The notes: a model not told the origin generated them from the sequence alone. Numbered from the stretch's first letter, positions 8,677 through 18,819 are shown. The stretch is DNA of 64,000 nt from Pseudobacteriovorax antillogorgiicola (GCA_945862295.1 CAMAXT010000001.1:23740-87739), one strand, 5' to 3'. Numbers and translations are program-made.

Positions 8677-9720
8677 TTAAGACATTTCCAGCATGCGGTC
8701 GATCGACCGTTTAGCCCTCACCCGGATCTCCTCGGGAACTTGAACTTCATATTTGTCTTCCTTCAGAGCCGCCAGCGTATCTTCTAACGTAATCTGATTC
8801 ATATGCGGACAACGGATGGAGCAAAGACGGAGGATATTTGCGTCTTTATTCTCAGCAATAATGTTATCGCCCATCGCACATTCGGTAAGAAGGAGATAGT
8901 TCGGCGCTTTGTTCTTTTTTACATAATTGATCATCGCCGAAGTACTGCCGGTAAAGTCCGATGCCGCCGTAACTTCTGGACTACACTCTGGATGCGCTAG
9001 CACCACAACATCAGGGAACTGAGCGCGGATACGCGAGACGTCTTCGACCGTAAACTGTTCGTGTACTTCACACTTGCCGTGCCAGCTAACAAACACTTTA
9101 TCGAGGCTTTCGTCCTTTTTCGATTTGAAATCAGGGAATATAACTTTCTTACCTGTTTCGCGCGCGACGTTCTGCGCTAGGTATTCGTCCGGAATAAAAA
9201 TCACGGTATCTGTATTCAAGGCGGCAACGATCTTTGCCGCGTTTCCTGACGTGCAGCAAACATCGGTCTCCGCTTTCACATCAGCATAGCTATTGATGTA
9301 GGTAACAACCGGTACACCGGGGTATTTTTTCTTTAGATTGCGGACGTCTTCCGCCGTTATAGACGAAGCGAGTGAACAACCGGCTTTTGTCGAAGGAATT
9401 AGAACTTTTTTGCTCGGGTTTATGATCTTGGCCGTTTCCGCCATGAATTCAACACCGCAAAAAACAAGAATATCCGCGTCAGTCGATGCTGCTTTTCTGC
9501 AAAGTTCTAAGGAGTCACCAGTCACGTCTGCCACTGTGTGGTAAAGCGCTGGTTCCATATAGTTATGCCCTAGGATGATGGCATTTTTTTCTTTTTTGAG
9601 TTTATTAATCTCGACCGCAACCTCAGCTTTACGTGCAATTTCAAATTCAGGGACCAGACCTAGCAATTTTTCATGCATGTAGGCCGTCATCTCTTTGAGA
9701 TCTGTAATGGTAGCGCTCAT
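8677..9720 (-). CDS. nadA: quinolinate synthase
   Basis: ILGHNYM, VCCTSGNA and HPECSPEV motifs; about 347 aa from the ATG at 9720 (MSATITDLKEM). The ORF-track extension to 9786 starts at a TTG and adds 22 non-conserved residues. Confidence 0.9.
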   Translation of the reverse strand: MSATITDLKEMTAYMHEKLLGLVPEFEIARKAEVAVEINKLKKEKNAIILGHNYMEPALYHTVADVTGDSLELCRKAASTDADILVFCGVEFMAETAKIINPSKKVLIPSTKAGCSLASSITAEDVRNLKKKYPGVPVVTYINSYADVKAETDVCCTSGNAAKIVAALNTDTVIFIPDEYLAQNVARETGKKVIFPDFKSKKDESLDKVFVSWHGKCEVHEQFTVEDVSRIRAQFPDVVVLAHPECSPEVTAASDFTGSTSAMINYVKKNKAPNYLLLTECAMGDNIIAENKDANILRLCSIRCPHMNQITLEDTLAALKEDKYEVQVPEEIRVRAKRSIDRMLEMS

Positions 9721-10436
9721 GTTCAACCCATCCGTCGAAGCGGTAGTGCCCGCGACTTGTACACTTATCAAGAGTCTATATACCAATTATTCCGTTTATT
9801 CGGGAATAAAAAACGCTGTCTAGCGGGTGAATCACGAGACAATACAACTTAAAATTAGTACGTCGAACTTGGCCCATCAATCAACTTTTCCGAGCCAACC
9901 GAAACTGGAACATGCCATGACAACGGGACTATATGGCAGGCAAATAAGGACATTGAGCTTCTTCCCGATGAAGGCGGCAACGGCATTGGTCATTGGGAGC
10001 AACAGTTCGACGCTACTTACGCCAGCAGGACGCTCGGTATTATTGTTCAAGTCGACGCTTTGCGCGCTATGGATGATGGCAAACTGTATCTCGATTTCAC
10101 AGTCCGAAATGCTGTAGACCGATATACTGTGTTTTTTCAGCGTCTCGTTTACGGATCTGATCAGCTGGTCGGCTTGCCTTCCCTAATTGTGGCTGGCTTT
10201 CTCAACAGTAACCGCCCCTGTCCAGACGGGGCAGGCCTGCAAATCCTCGGACTCTCCACCCGCCAATAGCTGGCTGGAGTAGCCTCCCGCAAGCGGCGCG
10301 ATCTTCGAATCGCGCAAGTTTTCGAAGACGTTTACGCTCCAGAAGCCTCTTGAAATTAATAACGGTGACGATCGTTTTTGCGATCACGATCCGAAATTTA
10401 TCAGCCCCTCATAAATATTCTCTCCAGTGGTCAGTC

Positions 10437-10673
10437 ATGAAAAGTAAGTTCAAAATAGGTGCTTTAGTAGAGTGGAAATGGATCGGCTCAATCATCGAAG
10501 GTGTGGTTGAAGAAGTCTATTTTGAACCGACCTTAAAAACGATCAAAGGCAAGAAGATAAAACGCAAAGGCTCCCCTGAGAAACCAGCTTATCTAGTCCG
10601 TTCAGAAGCTGGAAATATTGCGCTTAAACTTGAGACTGAACTCGCCAAGCGCAGCAAAATATTTCCAGCCTAA
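10437..10673 (+). CDS. DUF2945 / hypervirulence-associated TUDOR-like small protein
   Basis: KFKIGALVEWKWIGSIIEGVVEEVY...KGSPEKPAYLVRSEAGN pattern. I prefer the internal ATG at 10437; the upstream part of the ORF is hydrophobic junk. Confidence 0.65.
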   Translation: MKSKFKIGALVEWKWIGSIIEGVVEEVYFEPTLKTIKGKKIKRKGSPEKPAYLVRSEAGNIALKLETELAKRSKIFPA

Positions 10674-10691
10674 TCCGGGACCACCCGGATT
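10672..10691. repeat. palindromic element AATCCGGG-N4-CCCGGATT (short copy of the hairpin at 46397..46427)
   Basis: Perfect 8-bp arms overlapping the TAA stop of the preceding gene. It shares AATCCGGG.CCACC and CCGGATTAAAA with the longer hairpin after gcvP. Confidence 0.6.
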
Positions 10692-10700
10692 AAAAAACGC

Positions 10701-10726
10701 AAAAAATGGGCGCCAATGAGGCGCCC
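10701..10726 (-). terminator. rho-independent terminator of the downstream flagellin gene
   Basis: Minus strand: GGGCGCC-TCATT-GGCGCCC followed by TTTTTT, 25 nt after the stop at 10752. Confidence 0.65.
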
Positions 10727-10751
10727 ACAAATGTTTCGATATCCTTTAAAA

Positions 10752-11681
10752 TCAGCGTAGTAACTGGAGCACAACCTCAGGAGTAGAGTTCGCTTGAGTA
10801 AGAACAGACACACCAGCAGACTGAAGGATGTTCGCTTGAGTGAACTTAGCCATTTCAGAAGCATAATCAACATCACGGATTCGGCTCTGCGCAGCTTGGA
10901 GATTTTCGCTTGAAACTTCAATGTTTGTGATCGCACTGTTGAGTCGTGATTGAACAGAACCAAGAGTCGCACGGTATGAAGCAATTGAGTTCAAAGACGA
11001 ATCAAGTTTAGAGAATAAAGTGTTGGTATCGCCGTCTGGACCGAGTTCAGAAGCAGAAAGTTCTGCGTCTGGGTCAGGCATAAGAGACATTTCTTCAGAG
11101 ATGACTTCGGCGATTGAATCAGTGAATCCTTGAAGTTCGTCTAGCTTGATAGTCAAGATATCCGGATCTTTTTCAGGATCGATATCAGGAAGATCGCCAT
11201 CCATGTTTACACCGCGGTTAGATGCACCAACAAAGATTTGCATTGGCTTATCGCCGTCACCTGGCGTTAGTACTTTTGAACCGTTGAATTCGGTTGATTC
11301 TATGATACGACCAACTTCTTCTCTTAGTTGCACAAATTCTTTATCTAGGAAGCCACGCTCTCTAGAACCCAAAGTATCCGATGCTGCTTGTGTAGCAAGT
11401 TCACGCATACGGATAACGATGTTGGTAACTTCGTTCAAACCGCCTTCTGCTACTTGGATGTAAGAGATACCGTCACTTGCGTTACGTTTCGCCACACCTA
11501 AACCAGAAACGGTTGAGCGAATACGCTCAGAAACCGCCAAACCAGCTGCATCGTCAGCAGATTTGTTGATGCGTTGACCTGATGACAATTTCTCGATTGA
11601 CTCACCAAGTTGCTTGCGGGTCTCACCTAGGCGTCGTTGCGCTACGAGCGAGTCCAAATTCGTTTTAACTCTCAAACCCAT
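10752..11681 (-). CDS. fliC: flagellin
   Basis: 309 aa. N-terminal MGLRVKTNLDSLVAQRRL..INKSADDAAGLAVSERI and C-terminal LTQANSTPEVVLQLLR are the conserved flagellin D0/D1 ends. Confidence 0.93.
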   Translation of the reverse strand: MGLRVKTNLDSLVAQRRLGETRKQLGESIEKLSSGQRINKSADDAAGLAVSERIRSTVSGLGVAKRNASDGISYIQVAEGGLNEVTNIVIRMRELATQAASDTLGSRERGFLDKEFVQLREEVGRIIESTEFNGSKVLTPGDGDKPMQIFVGASNRGVNMDGDLPDIDPEKDPDILTIKLDELQGFTDSIAEVISEEMSLMPDPDAELSASELGPDGDTNTLFSKLDSSLNSIASYRATLGSVQSRLNSAITNIEVSSENLQAAQSRIRDVDYASEMAKFTQANILQSAGVSVLTQANSTPEVVLQLLR

Positions 11682-11766
11682 AAATTTACTCCTCCGTGAT
11701 TCTTTTGCCGCAACCTTTGCCGCAAAAATTGTTTAATTAGAAATGCTGGAACTGTTCGCCCGTTTT

Positions 11767-12645
11767 TTATCTCAGTAGTTGCAAAGCAATTTCTGGCATC
11801 GCGTTCGCTTGTGTAAGGACTGACAAGTTTGAATTTGTCATGATGCGAGACTGAGTTAGAGCTGCTGTTTCTTCGGCGAAATCGACATCTTTGATACGAC
11901 TGCGTGCAGCTTGTTGTGACTCGATAGAGATACCGAGGTTGCTGATTGCAGAAGATAAACGGTTCTGAACAGAACCAAGGGTTGCGCGTTCACTGGCGAT
12001 ACGGCCGAGAGCGTTATCGATGTTAGTTAACTTCTCAGCGATCGTTGCACGATCTGGACCTTCGTCGCCAGCTTCTTTGGCACCGATTTCTGACTCTTTA
12101 CCTAACTCTAATGATTCAGAATTAAATTTCAGGCCTTCAAGGTTGATAGAGATGGTGTCAGTGTTTTCGTCTGGAGATGTACCATTAGTTCCAACTTGAA
12201 TTGTGAATTCCGAAAGCTCTGCGTCCGGATCAAAGATCTTGAGGCCGTTGAATTCAGTAGAGTTAGCAATACGATCGACCTCGTCTACGAGCTGAACGTA
12301 TTCACGGTTAAGGAAGTTTCTTTCCTGTCCGCCGAGTGTGTCAGAAGCTGATTGAACTGTTAGCTCGCGCAAACGAATCATGATGTTTGACATCTCGTTC
12401 ATGCTGCCTTCAGCAACTTGTACCAAAGAGATGGCGTCATTCGCATTTCTGCGGGCGACGTTCATACCTCTGATCTGACCTCTTAGGTTTTCGCTGATGG
12501 CCAGGCCGGCGGCATCATCTGCAGACTTGTTGATGCGGTATCCTGAAGAAAGTTTTTCCAGGCTCCCTGACATCTCCTGATTGTTTTTTTCCATGTGTCT
12601 CTGAGCGGTTAAACTAGACACATTCGTACGAATTCTCATTCCCAT
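11767..12645 (-). CDS. fliC: flagellin (second, tandem copy)
   Basis: Start MGMRIRTNVSSLTAQRHM at 12645 with GGGAGGA SD upstream. INKSADDAAGLAISENL and LTQANAMPEIALQLLR are present. The 62-codon N-terminal extension in the ORF track (to 12831) is not flagellin-like. Confidence 0.93.
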   Translation of the reverse strand: MGMRIRTNVSSLTAQRHMEKNNQEMSGSLEKLSSGYRINKSADDAAGLAISENLRGQIRGMNVARRNANDAISLVQVAEGSMNEMSNIMIRLRELTVQSASDTLGGQERNFLNREYVQLVDEVDRIANSTEFNGLKIFDPDAELSEFTIQVGTNGTSPDENTDTISINLEGLKFNSESLELGKESEIGAKEAGDEGPDRATIAEKLTNIDNALGRIASERATLGSVQNRLSSAISNLGISIESQQAARSRIKDVDFAEETAALTQSRIMTNSNLSVLTQANAMPEIALQLLR

Positions 12646-12722
12646 AGACCGATCCTCCCTGATAATGTTGTGGGCATAACCCTTTGCCCCTGCTGAGTTC
12701 CGCCTTGGAACTTGCAAAACAC

Positions 12723-12749
12723 TAAACGGCCATTTTGTGAAAAACTTTA
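12723..12749 (-). promoter_or_regulatory. sigma-28 (FliA) promoter of the flagellin gene at 11767..12645
   Basis: The minus strand reads TAAAGTTT-N11-GCCGTTTA against the consensus TAAAGTTT-N11-GCCGATAA, about 78 nt upstream of the ATG. Confidence 0.6.
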
Positions 12750-12785
12750 ATTTCAGTTTGAAAAAAAACAAAAACAGGTGGGTTG

Positions 12786-14189
12786 ATGACTGCGCTGGGG
12801 GAGTTACCCAAATTGGTAAGTAATTTCCCAAATTTAGAGCTTCAATGGACTGGCATTAAACCGGACTTATCCGATTCATTTCAGGGGGTTGTTGTTTCGT
12901 TATCGGGAGGGCCTGATTCGACTGCTCTATTGCGGATTTTTAGTGACTTTACCAAACGAAAAAAAAATTTTCAGGCGCGCGCTTTTCATCTGAATTTTGG
13001 TCTAAGAGGGAGTGATTCGGAGGGTGATGAAACGTTTTGTCGGACCCTTTGTTCCGATTTAAACATCCCACTTGAGGTCAGAAGAGTTTCAAAATCAGAA
13101 AATGACGCCAACAGTGTGCAAGAGTGGGCACGTAACGAAAGACTTAAAATTCAGCGGGAATTTCTGCAACAAGGCTGGATTATAGCGACCGGTCATCACA
13201 TGGATGATTTAGCAGAAACCGTCATTTTTAGGCTAATTCGCGGATTTTCTGCGTCGCAGCTGCCTGGCATGCAGCTTTGGAACGGCACACACTGGCGTCC
13301 GTTTCTGGAAACCCCGAAAAACGAGATTTTGGACTACCTTTCTTCACTGCAGCAAGATTTCCGCATCGATCTCTCGAACGACAGGACGGACTACACACGC
13401 AATAAAATCAGACACGCCATACTTCCCTTATTGGAAGCAATCGCTCCGAATGCTCGGCGAAACATTTGCGAGGTCGCTCAGGAAGCTTCAGCTATTGGCA
13501 AGGAACTCCTTAAGAGTGTGCCTTCTGCGGCAAAGTCCCTCGTTTCTAGCGCGAAATTAAGGCAGATGGACCGGCTCGCCGCGCGCTACGTCATTAAGTC
13601 TCTTATCTACCGCCTAGTGGACCATGTCGAGCAGCAAACTGAGCACCTAAGACTGTCGCGCCACCTTTTGGATAAGTTGGTAACGCACTGCTGCACAGAA
13701 TCTGCAGACGTTGCGAGCTTCAACATCAGTAGTGAGCTTAGCGTCGTGATAGAAGCAGGACGTTTTTCTATTACAAAAAAACGCCCCGATATTAAATCAA
13801 AGCGTTTCTTACAATTCGCCCAGCAACTAAATTCGATCGACAGCGGTTGTTTAATTGGTAGTGGGTCTCATGGCTTCCTAAGAGACGGTGAGGCAGTATG
13901 GAGCATCAGGCCTACAGGCAAGACGAAAGGCCATAGTCTTGAATTCAAATTACAAAATGCTAGATCTGGCGAAAAGATCAAGCTCGCCGCATGGAAAACC
14001 GGCCGTTCGGTAAAAAATATTTTTCAGGAGTTAGCCGTTACCCCTGACAAGCGCAGCAAATGTCGTATCATCTTAAAGAACGGAGAGCAGGTTGGCCTCT
14101 TTGATGGTGAAAGAATCATCAACCCGGCAAATCTTGCTATGCAAGCGACTATTGAAGGAATTAACTTTATAATAACAAAAAAGGCCTGA
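12786..14189 (+). CDS. tilS: tRNA(Ile)-lysidine synthase
   Basis: PP-loop SLSGGPDS, HHMDDLAET, and a TilS-type C-terminal domain; 467 aa. Confidence 0.85.
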   Translation: MTALGELPKLVSNFPNLELQWTGIKPDLSDSFQGVVVSLSGGPDSTALLRIFSDFTKRKKNFQARAFHLNFGLRGSDSEGDETFCRTLCSDLNIPLEVRRVSKSENDANSVQEWARNERLKIQREFLQQGWIIATGHHMDDLAETVIFRLIRGFSASQLPGMQLWNGTHWRPFLETPKNEILDYLSSLQQDFRIDLSNDRTDYTRNKIRHAILPLLEAIAPNARRNICEVAQEASAIGKELLKSVPSAAKSLVSSAKLRQMDRLAARYVIKSLIYRLVDHVEQQTEHLRLSRHLLDKLVTHCCTESADVASFNISSELSVVIEAGRFSITKKRPDIKSKRFLQFAQQLNSIDSGCLIGSGSHGFLRDGEAVWSIRPTGKTKGHSLEFKLQNARSGEKIKLAAWKTGRSVKNIFQELAVTPDKRSKCRIILKNGEQVGLFDGERIINPANLAMQATIEGINFIITKKA

Positions 14190-14231
14190 ATGCCCCGCAC
14201 CGGAAGCCTTTAGTTCACTAGGAGACCGCAC

Positions 14232-16199
14232 ATGGCCAAGCCACCGATGAAGCAGAATCAGCAAATGCGCATCACCCTGTTTTTCGCATTGATAATTGGG
14301 GTGTTTATTTTGATCAATCTTGTGTCGCGAACACAGGAAGATCCGCAACAAGTAAAGTTTTCTGACTTTGTAGCGTCTTTGAGTCTTCCAGACACAGACC
14401 AGAACAAAGTTACAGAAGTAACATTTAAAGAAAACTTTATCGTCGGCACACGCGCCGATAAAAGCACCTTCAAAACCTACGGTCCAAACGATGTTGATAC
14501 ACGCAAGCTTCTTGCTGATAAAAACATTCGCGTAAACTTTGAACCACCAGAAGAGCAAGATTGGGTGAAAGCGATCCTGATCAACTCGATTCCAATTATT
14601 ATCATCATCGTGCTCTTTTTCTTCGTCATGCGTCAGTTGCAGGTCGGCGGCGGCAAAGCGATGTCGTTCGGTAAAAGCCGCGCAAAACTTTTGAACGAAA
14701 ACCAAGTGCGGGTTACATTCGACGATATCGCCGGTATCGACGAAGCTAAGCAAGAACTCGAAGAAATCATCGACTTCCTAAAAGACCCGAAGAAATTTAC
14801 CAAACTCGGTGGACGTATTCCTAAGGGCGTTCTTCTCGTTGGTTCTCCTGGTACTGGTAAAACTGTCCTCGCCAAAGCAATCGCTGGCGAAGCGGGCGTG
14901 CCGTTCTTTAGCATTTCAGGTTCTGACTTTGTTGAGATGTTCGTCGGCGTCGGCGCAAGCCGTGTTCGCGATCTTTTCGATCAATCTAAAAAACACGCAC
15001 CTTGTATCGTCTTCATCGACGAGATCGATGCCGTCGGGAGACACCGCGGTGCCGGTGTTGGTGGTGGCCACGATGAACGTGAACAAACTCTCAACCAGCT
15101 GCTCGTAGAGATGGACGGCTTTGAAAGTAACGAAGGCGTCATCATTATCGCTGCGACAAACCGTCCTGATGTACTTGACCCGGCTCTACTCAGACCAGGC
15201 CGGTTCGATAGGCGTGTTATAGTTCCCAAGCCAGACGTTAAAGGCCGCGAAGGTATTCTTAAAGTTCACACCAAAAAATCTCCGCTCGCTGACGACGTTG
15301 ATTTGGTTACTATCGCTCAAGGCACACCTGGATTTTCTGGTGCAGACTTAGAGAATTTGGTGAACGAGTCGGCTTTGATTGCGGCGAGAAAAGATTGCAA
15401 AGAAGTGGCTATGCACCACTTTGAGTTGGCTAAAGACAAGATTCTCATGGGTCCAGAGCGTAAGAGCATGATCATGAGCATCGCCGAGAAGAGAAACACC
15501 GCATATCACGAAGCCGGTCACGCAATCGTTGGTGTTTACATTGGCGGCGTCGATCCTGTACATAAAGTTAGTATTATCCCACGCGGTCAAGCACTCGGTG
15601 TAACCGTTATGCTGCCAGCCGAAGATCGATACACCCTCACTAAAGATTACGCTGAAGGTATGATCGCATACGCGATGGGTGGACGCGCTGCAGAAGAACT
15701 CATGTTCCATAAGCAAACTACCGGTGCTGGTGATGATATCAATAAGGCTACTGACATTGCCCGAAAGATGGTTTGCAACTGGGGCATGAGTGACAAAATG
15801 GGCCCGCTCTCTTTTGGCAAAGACAATGACGAACCGTTCATGGGTCGAGAGATGGGAGGAGGTCGCAATTTCTCTGAGCGCGTCGCTGAAGATATCGATC
15901 GAGAAATTCACCGTTTAGTAACTACCGGCTACAAAAAAGCAATCAATATTCTGAAGGCCAACAAACAACGCCTCGAAGACCTTGCTGAATCACTGCTGAT
16001 CAAAGAAACCCTCGACCGCGACCAAATCAACCGCCTCATGGCTGGTGAAAACATTGTTACAGATGAAGAGCGTAAGGCGTTTTTAGAAGCTCAACGCAAA
16101 AGCAAAATCGACGCAATCAAAAAGCCACGCGCTCTTGAAGAAGTCGTAGAAGAGACCACTGCACCATCACCATTTAAGGTGGTACCGCAGGGAACATGA
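14232..16199 (+). CDS. ftsH: ATP-dependent zinc metalloprotease FtsH
   Basis: Two N-terminal TM segments, Walker A GSPGTGKT, Walker [13 protein letters not shown] region, zinc site HEAGHA. AGGAG SD upstream. Confidence 0.97.
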   Translation: MAKPPMKQNQQMRITLFFALIIGVFILINLVSRTQEDPQQVKFSDFVASLSLPDTDQNKVTEVTFKENFIVGTRADKSTFKTYGPNDVDTRKLLADKNIRVNFEPPEEQDWVKAILINSIPIIIIIVLFFFVMRQLQVGGGKAMSFGKSRAKLLNENQVRVTFDDIAGIDEAKQELEEIIDFLKDPKKFTKLGGRIPKGVLLVGSPGTGKTVLAKAIAGEAGVPFFSISGSDFVEMFVGVGASRVRDLFDQSKKHAPCIVFIDEIDAVGRHRGAGVGGGHDEREQTLNQLLVEMDGFESNEGVIIIAATNRPDVLDPALLRPGRFDRRVIVPKPDVKGREGILKVHTKKSPLADDVDLVTIAQGTPGFSGADLENLVNESALIAARKDCKEVAMHHFELAKDKILMGPERKSMIMSIAEKRNTAYHEAGHAIVGVYIGGVDPVHKVSIIPRGQALGVTVMLPAEDRYTLTKDYAEGMIAYAMGGRAAEELMFHKQTTGAGDDINKATDIARKMVCNWGMSDKMGPLSFGKDNDEPFMGREMGGGRNFSERVAEDIDREIHRLVTTGYKKAINILKANKQRLEDLAESLLIKETLDRDQINRLMAGENIVTDEERKAFLEAQRKSKIDAIKKPRALEEVVEETTAPSPFKVVPQGT

Positions 16200-17035
16200 C
16201 CGAAGCTCTTTTCCAGCCGATTCGAACGAAAATCATGGGAGTCTTAAATGTGACTCCCGATTCTTTCTCCGACGGTGGGAAATTTCTCGATGCTGGTAAA
16301 GCTTGGGCGCACCTAGAATCTCTCGTCCAAGCCGGTGCCGACATCATTGATATCGGAGCTGAATCGACAAGGCCTGGTGCCCTTTCTGTTTCCAGTGACG
16401 ACGAATGGGCGAAACTAAAGCCAATTCTTGAGCGATTTTACCGTTCGGGTCTGAAAGTTCGGACTAGTCTAGATTCCCGTAAACCGGATTTAATGCTGAA
16501 AGCAGCTGACCTTGGGGTCAATTATATTAACGACGTCGAAGGTGCCCGCCACCCAGATACGTTAAAGCGGTTAAGCAAGTTTAGTGGTCTCTCCTATATC
16601 TGCATGCATATGCAGGGCGAGCCGCAGACGATGCAAAAGACACCGCTCGGCGGAGTCCAAGGTCTCCTGACAATCGATAAGTTTTTTGCTGACAAGAAAC
16701 AATTGTTGGCAGAATGTGGTTTCGAAGACCAGCGCATCTATATGGACCCCGGCTTCGGTTTCGGAAAAACCGATGAGCTAAACGCCAAAATCATCGCGGC
16801 GTCGGCGGGGTGGGTGAGTAAAGGATATAAGCTGGCTGTCGGTCTGTCTCGTAAATCGTTTTTCGGTCGTATCCTAGGTATTACCGACGCAAATGTCAGA
16901 GACGCCCCTTCGAAAATGTGTGAGCTAACCACCGCACTCATGGGTGTAGCAATAATTCGAACCCACAATGTGGGTCTTCTGAAAACGCTCTTCAACTTGG
17001 TAGACGACGGTGCAGGAAATTCTCGAACAATTTAG
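16196..17035 (+). CDS. folP: dihydropteroate synthase
   Basis: [29 protein letters not shown] and DPGFGFGK motifs. ATGA overlap with the ftsH stop. Confidence 0.93.
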   Translation: MTEALFQPIRTKIMGVLNVTPDSFSDGGKFLDAGKAWAHLESLVQAGADIIDIGAESTRPGALSVSSDDEWAKLKPILERFYRSGLKVRTSLDSRKPDLMLKAADLGVNYINDVEGARHPDTLKRLSKFSGLSYICMHMQGEPQTMQKTPLGGVQGLLTIDKFFADKKQLLAECGFEDQRIYMDPGFGFGKTDELNAKIIAASAGWVSKGYKLAVGLSRKSFFGRILGITDANVRDAPSKMCELTTALMGVAIIRTHNVGLLKTLFNLVDDGAGNSRTI

Positions 17036-17837
17036 TATCTGGTCGATGATCGACGTCTGCATTATTGCATTCATCATCTACCATATTCTTTTATTGATTC
17101 GCGGTACCCGGGCAGCACAGATGCTGACTGGTATTTTGATTGTAGTCGCCGCATTCCTTCTTTCTTCGATTGTTCCACTGACGACGCTCAACTGGGCGAT
17201 GAACAAGTTCTACAGCAGCTTTATCATCATCTTGATTATCTTATTCCAAGACGACATCCGGCATGTGCTTAGCCGCATGGGGAAGAAGTCTTTCATCCCT
17301 GGTGCGGATAGTCTTTCTTCTGGCCAAATCCTCGACGAAATTACCCGAGCCGCTGCATCTCTTGCGACCAAGAGGATCGGAGCGTTGATTGTACTCGAAC
17401 GAAATATCATCCTCAGTCGATACGTTGAGATCGGTACTCTACTCGATGCTCGCGTTTCAAAAGAATTGATGATGAGTATCTTCCATCCGTCTTCGCCAAT
17501 TCACGATGGTGCTGCGATCATTCAAAGAGGCCGCATCTCGGCTGCTGGTTGCTTTCTCCCCTTAACCAAAGACGAAAACCTCGACCCAAACTGGGGAACA
17601 AGGCACCGCGCCGCTATCGGCATCTCTCAAGAGACCGATGCCGTTGTCGTTCTGATCTCCGAAGAAGGCGCGTCCATTTCCTTGGTCGTTGACGGCCGTA
17701 TTTCTCGCAAAATGGACCCAAAAGACCTGAGAAAATCTCTTACGGATCTTCTCTCCCAAGATCAGGAAAAAGCAGAAGACACCCGCTCTAAGCCGGGTTC
17801 AGGCGGCAAACTCAAATTCTTTAAGTTCGGGAGTTAA
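17010..17837 (+). CDS. cdaA: diadenylate cyclase (c-di-AMP synthase), membrane-anchored CdaA type
   Basis: Three N-terminal TM helices, then a DAC domain with the DGA and RHR signatures (HDGAAIIQRGRI, GTRHRAAIGISQETDAVVVLISEE). Confidence 0.9.
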   Translation: MQEILEQFSIWSMIDVCIIAFIIYHILLLIRGTRAAQMLTGILIVVAAFLLSSIVPLTTLNWAMNKFYSSFIIILIILFQDDIRHVLSRMGKKSFIPGADSLSSGQILDEITRAAASLATKRIGALIVLERNIILSRYVEIGTLLDARVSKELMMSIFHPSSPIHDGAAIIQRGRISAAGCFLPLTKDENLDPNWGTRHRAAIGISQETDAVVVLISEEGASISLVVDGRISRKMDPKDLRKSLTDLLSQDQEKAEDTRSKPGSGGKLKFFKFGS

Positions 17838-17839
17838 GC

Positions 17840-18775
17840 ATGCGCAGACGCTACTCCGAATACATCTTAAAGAACTTTCAGTACAAGCTGGCCGCGTTGG
17901 TTCTGTCGTGTCTATTCTGGTACATCGTTCAGGGGGAAGAAATCCTCGAAATGAACGTTCGTATCGCAGTGAAAATCAGAACCCCTGAGGGTTATCTAAT
18001 TAAAGGGCCCGATACCCGCTTTAAAGACGCAACACTGAGAGCATCGCGGGTACTACTCGGTGATTTCTCAACCAAGACTCTCGACGCTACACTTAGACTT
18101 CCTGATGGCAAAACCGGACAGCTTCGTTTCCGAATTGACAAAGAATACTTAAAGAATTGGGATAACCGCATCAAACTCACGGTGCACGATCCCTACCTAA
18201 GCGTCTTTGTAGACACTAAAGAATCTAAAAAAGTTCCGGTGCGTGAATACATCAAAGGTGTACCGGCGGACGGCTTTATCATCGAAAAAACGCTGATAAA
18301 ACCTAATATCGTTACAATCACTGGCCTAAAGAGTGAACTTTCAAAGATCGACGAGATCTTGACCGAGCCGATCGACGTTGATGGTATTTCGTCTTCGAAA
18401 ACCTACGACGTAAAACTCATAGCTAAAGACATTCCGAAATCAGGTCTATCCATCGACAAAGTGAACGTCAGCTTGGCGCTCGGAGAAAAGAAGATAAACA
18501 AGAAGTTTGAAAACATTCAGATCGAGGTCGTTGGCAGCGACTACGTGAGTGTGGTGAAGCCGAAGTTCGTTTCCATTGTCATTCAAGGAACCCCTGGAAT
18601 TTTAAGCTTTGTAAGCAAAGCTGATCTCGAAGCGTTTGTTGATGCCAGAGATTTAGAGCCACAAAAGAAACACCAAAAGCAGGTACAGGTCAAAATCCCG
18701 AAAGAAACCGTCCTAATTGAAACTTTTCCACAGAATGCAACTGTCGATATCTACAGTCAAAAGCGTCTGAACTAA
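17840..18775 (+). CDS. cdaR: YbbR-domain protein (CdaA regulator CdaR-like)
   Basis: N-terminal TM followed by repeated YbbR-like beta modules. It sits between cdaA and glmM, the conserved cdaA-cdaR-glmM arrangement. Confidence 0.75.
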   Translation: MRRRYSEYILKNFQYKLAALVLSCLFWYIVQGEEILEMNVRIAVKIRTPEGYLIKGPDTRFKDATLRASRVLLGDFSTKTLDATLRLPDGKTGQLRFRIDKEYLKNWDNRIKLTVHDPYLSVFVDTKESKKVPVREYIKGVPADGFIIEKTLIKPNIVTITGLKSELSKIDEILTEPIDVDGISSSKTYDVKLIAKDIPKSGLSIDKVNVSLALGEKKINKKFENIQIEVVGSDYVSVVKPKFVSIVIQGTPGILSFVSKADLEAFVDARDLEPQKKHQKQVQVKIPKETVLIETFPQNATVDIYSQKRLN

Positions 18776-18790
18776 CCTTCGCCATTGCCA

Positions 18791-18819
18791 TTGACTTGCA
18801 AGCGACACAGGGCTAAAAG
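18791..18819 (+). promoter_or_regulatory. sigma-70-type promoter candidate in front of glmM
   Basis: TTGACT-N17-TAAAAG in the 76-nt cdaR-glmM gap. Confidence 0.35.

Noticed and set aside
9721-9880. NAD+ (nadA-motif) riboswitch in the nadA leader
   Set aside because: I saw no recognisable tandem bulged-stem motif or conserved CAACCCC-type core by eye. It cannot be excluded without a covariance-model search.
9827-10269. Plus-strand ORFs of 96 and 69 aa in the nadA / DUF2945 gap
   Set aside because: Their translations are Ser/Thr/Leu-rich and not protein-like. The opposite strand carries a much longer, more plausible (though disrupted) frame; see findings.
12646-12831. N-terminal 62-codon extension of the second flagellin ORF
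   Set aside because: The extension is hydrophobic nonsense that overlaps the tilS start and the sigma-28 promoter. The flagellin consensus N-terminus MGMRIRTN starts at 12645 with a strong SD.
14073-14753. 226-aa minus-strand ORF spanning the tilS/ftsH junction
   Set aside because: It is antisense to two strongly supported genes (TilS C-terminus, FtsH N-terminus). Its composition is Phe/Cys/Lys-rich and looks like junk. There is no SD.
15348-15911. 187-aa minus-strand ORF (and several 60-100-aa ORFs) inside ftsH
   Set aside because: Antisense shadow ORFs of a highly conserved gene. The same applies to antisense ORFs inside the activator gene, fadD, nadA, the flagellins, glmM, gcvT/gcvP, ftsK, rpoN, lptA, gatB and others.
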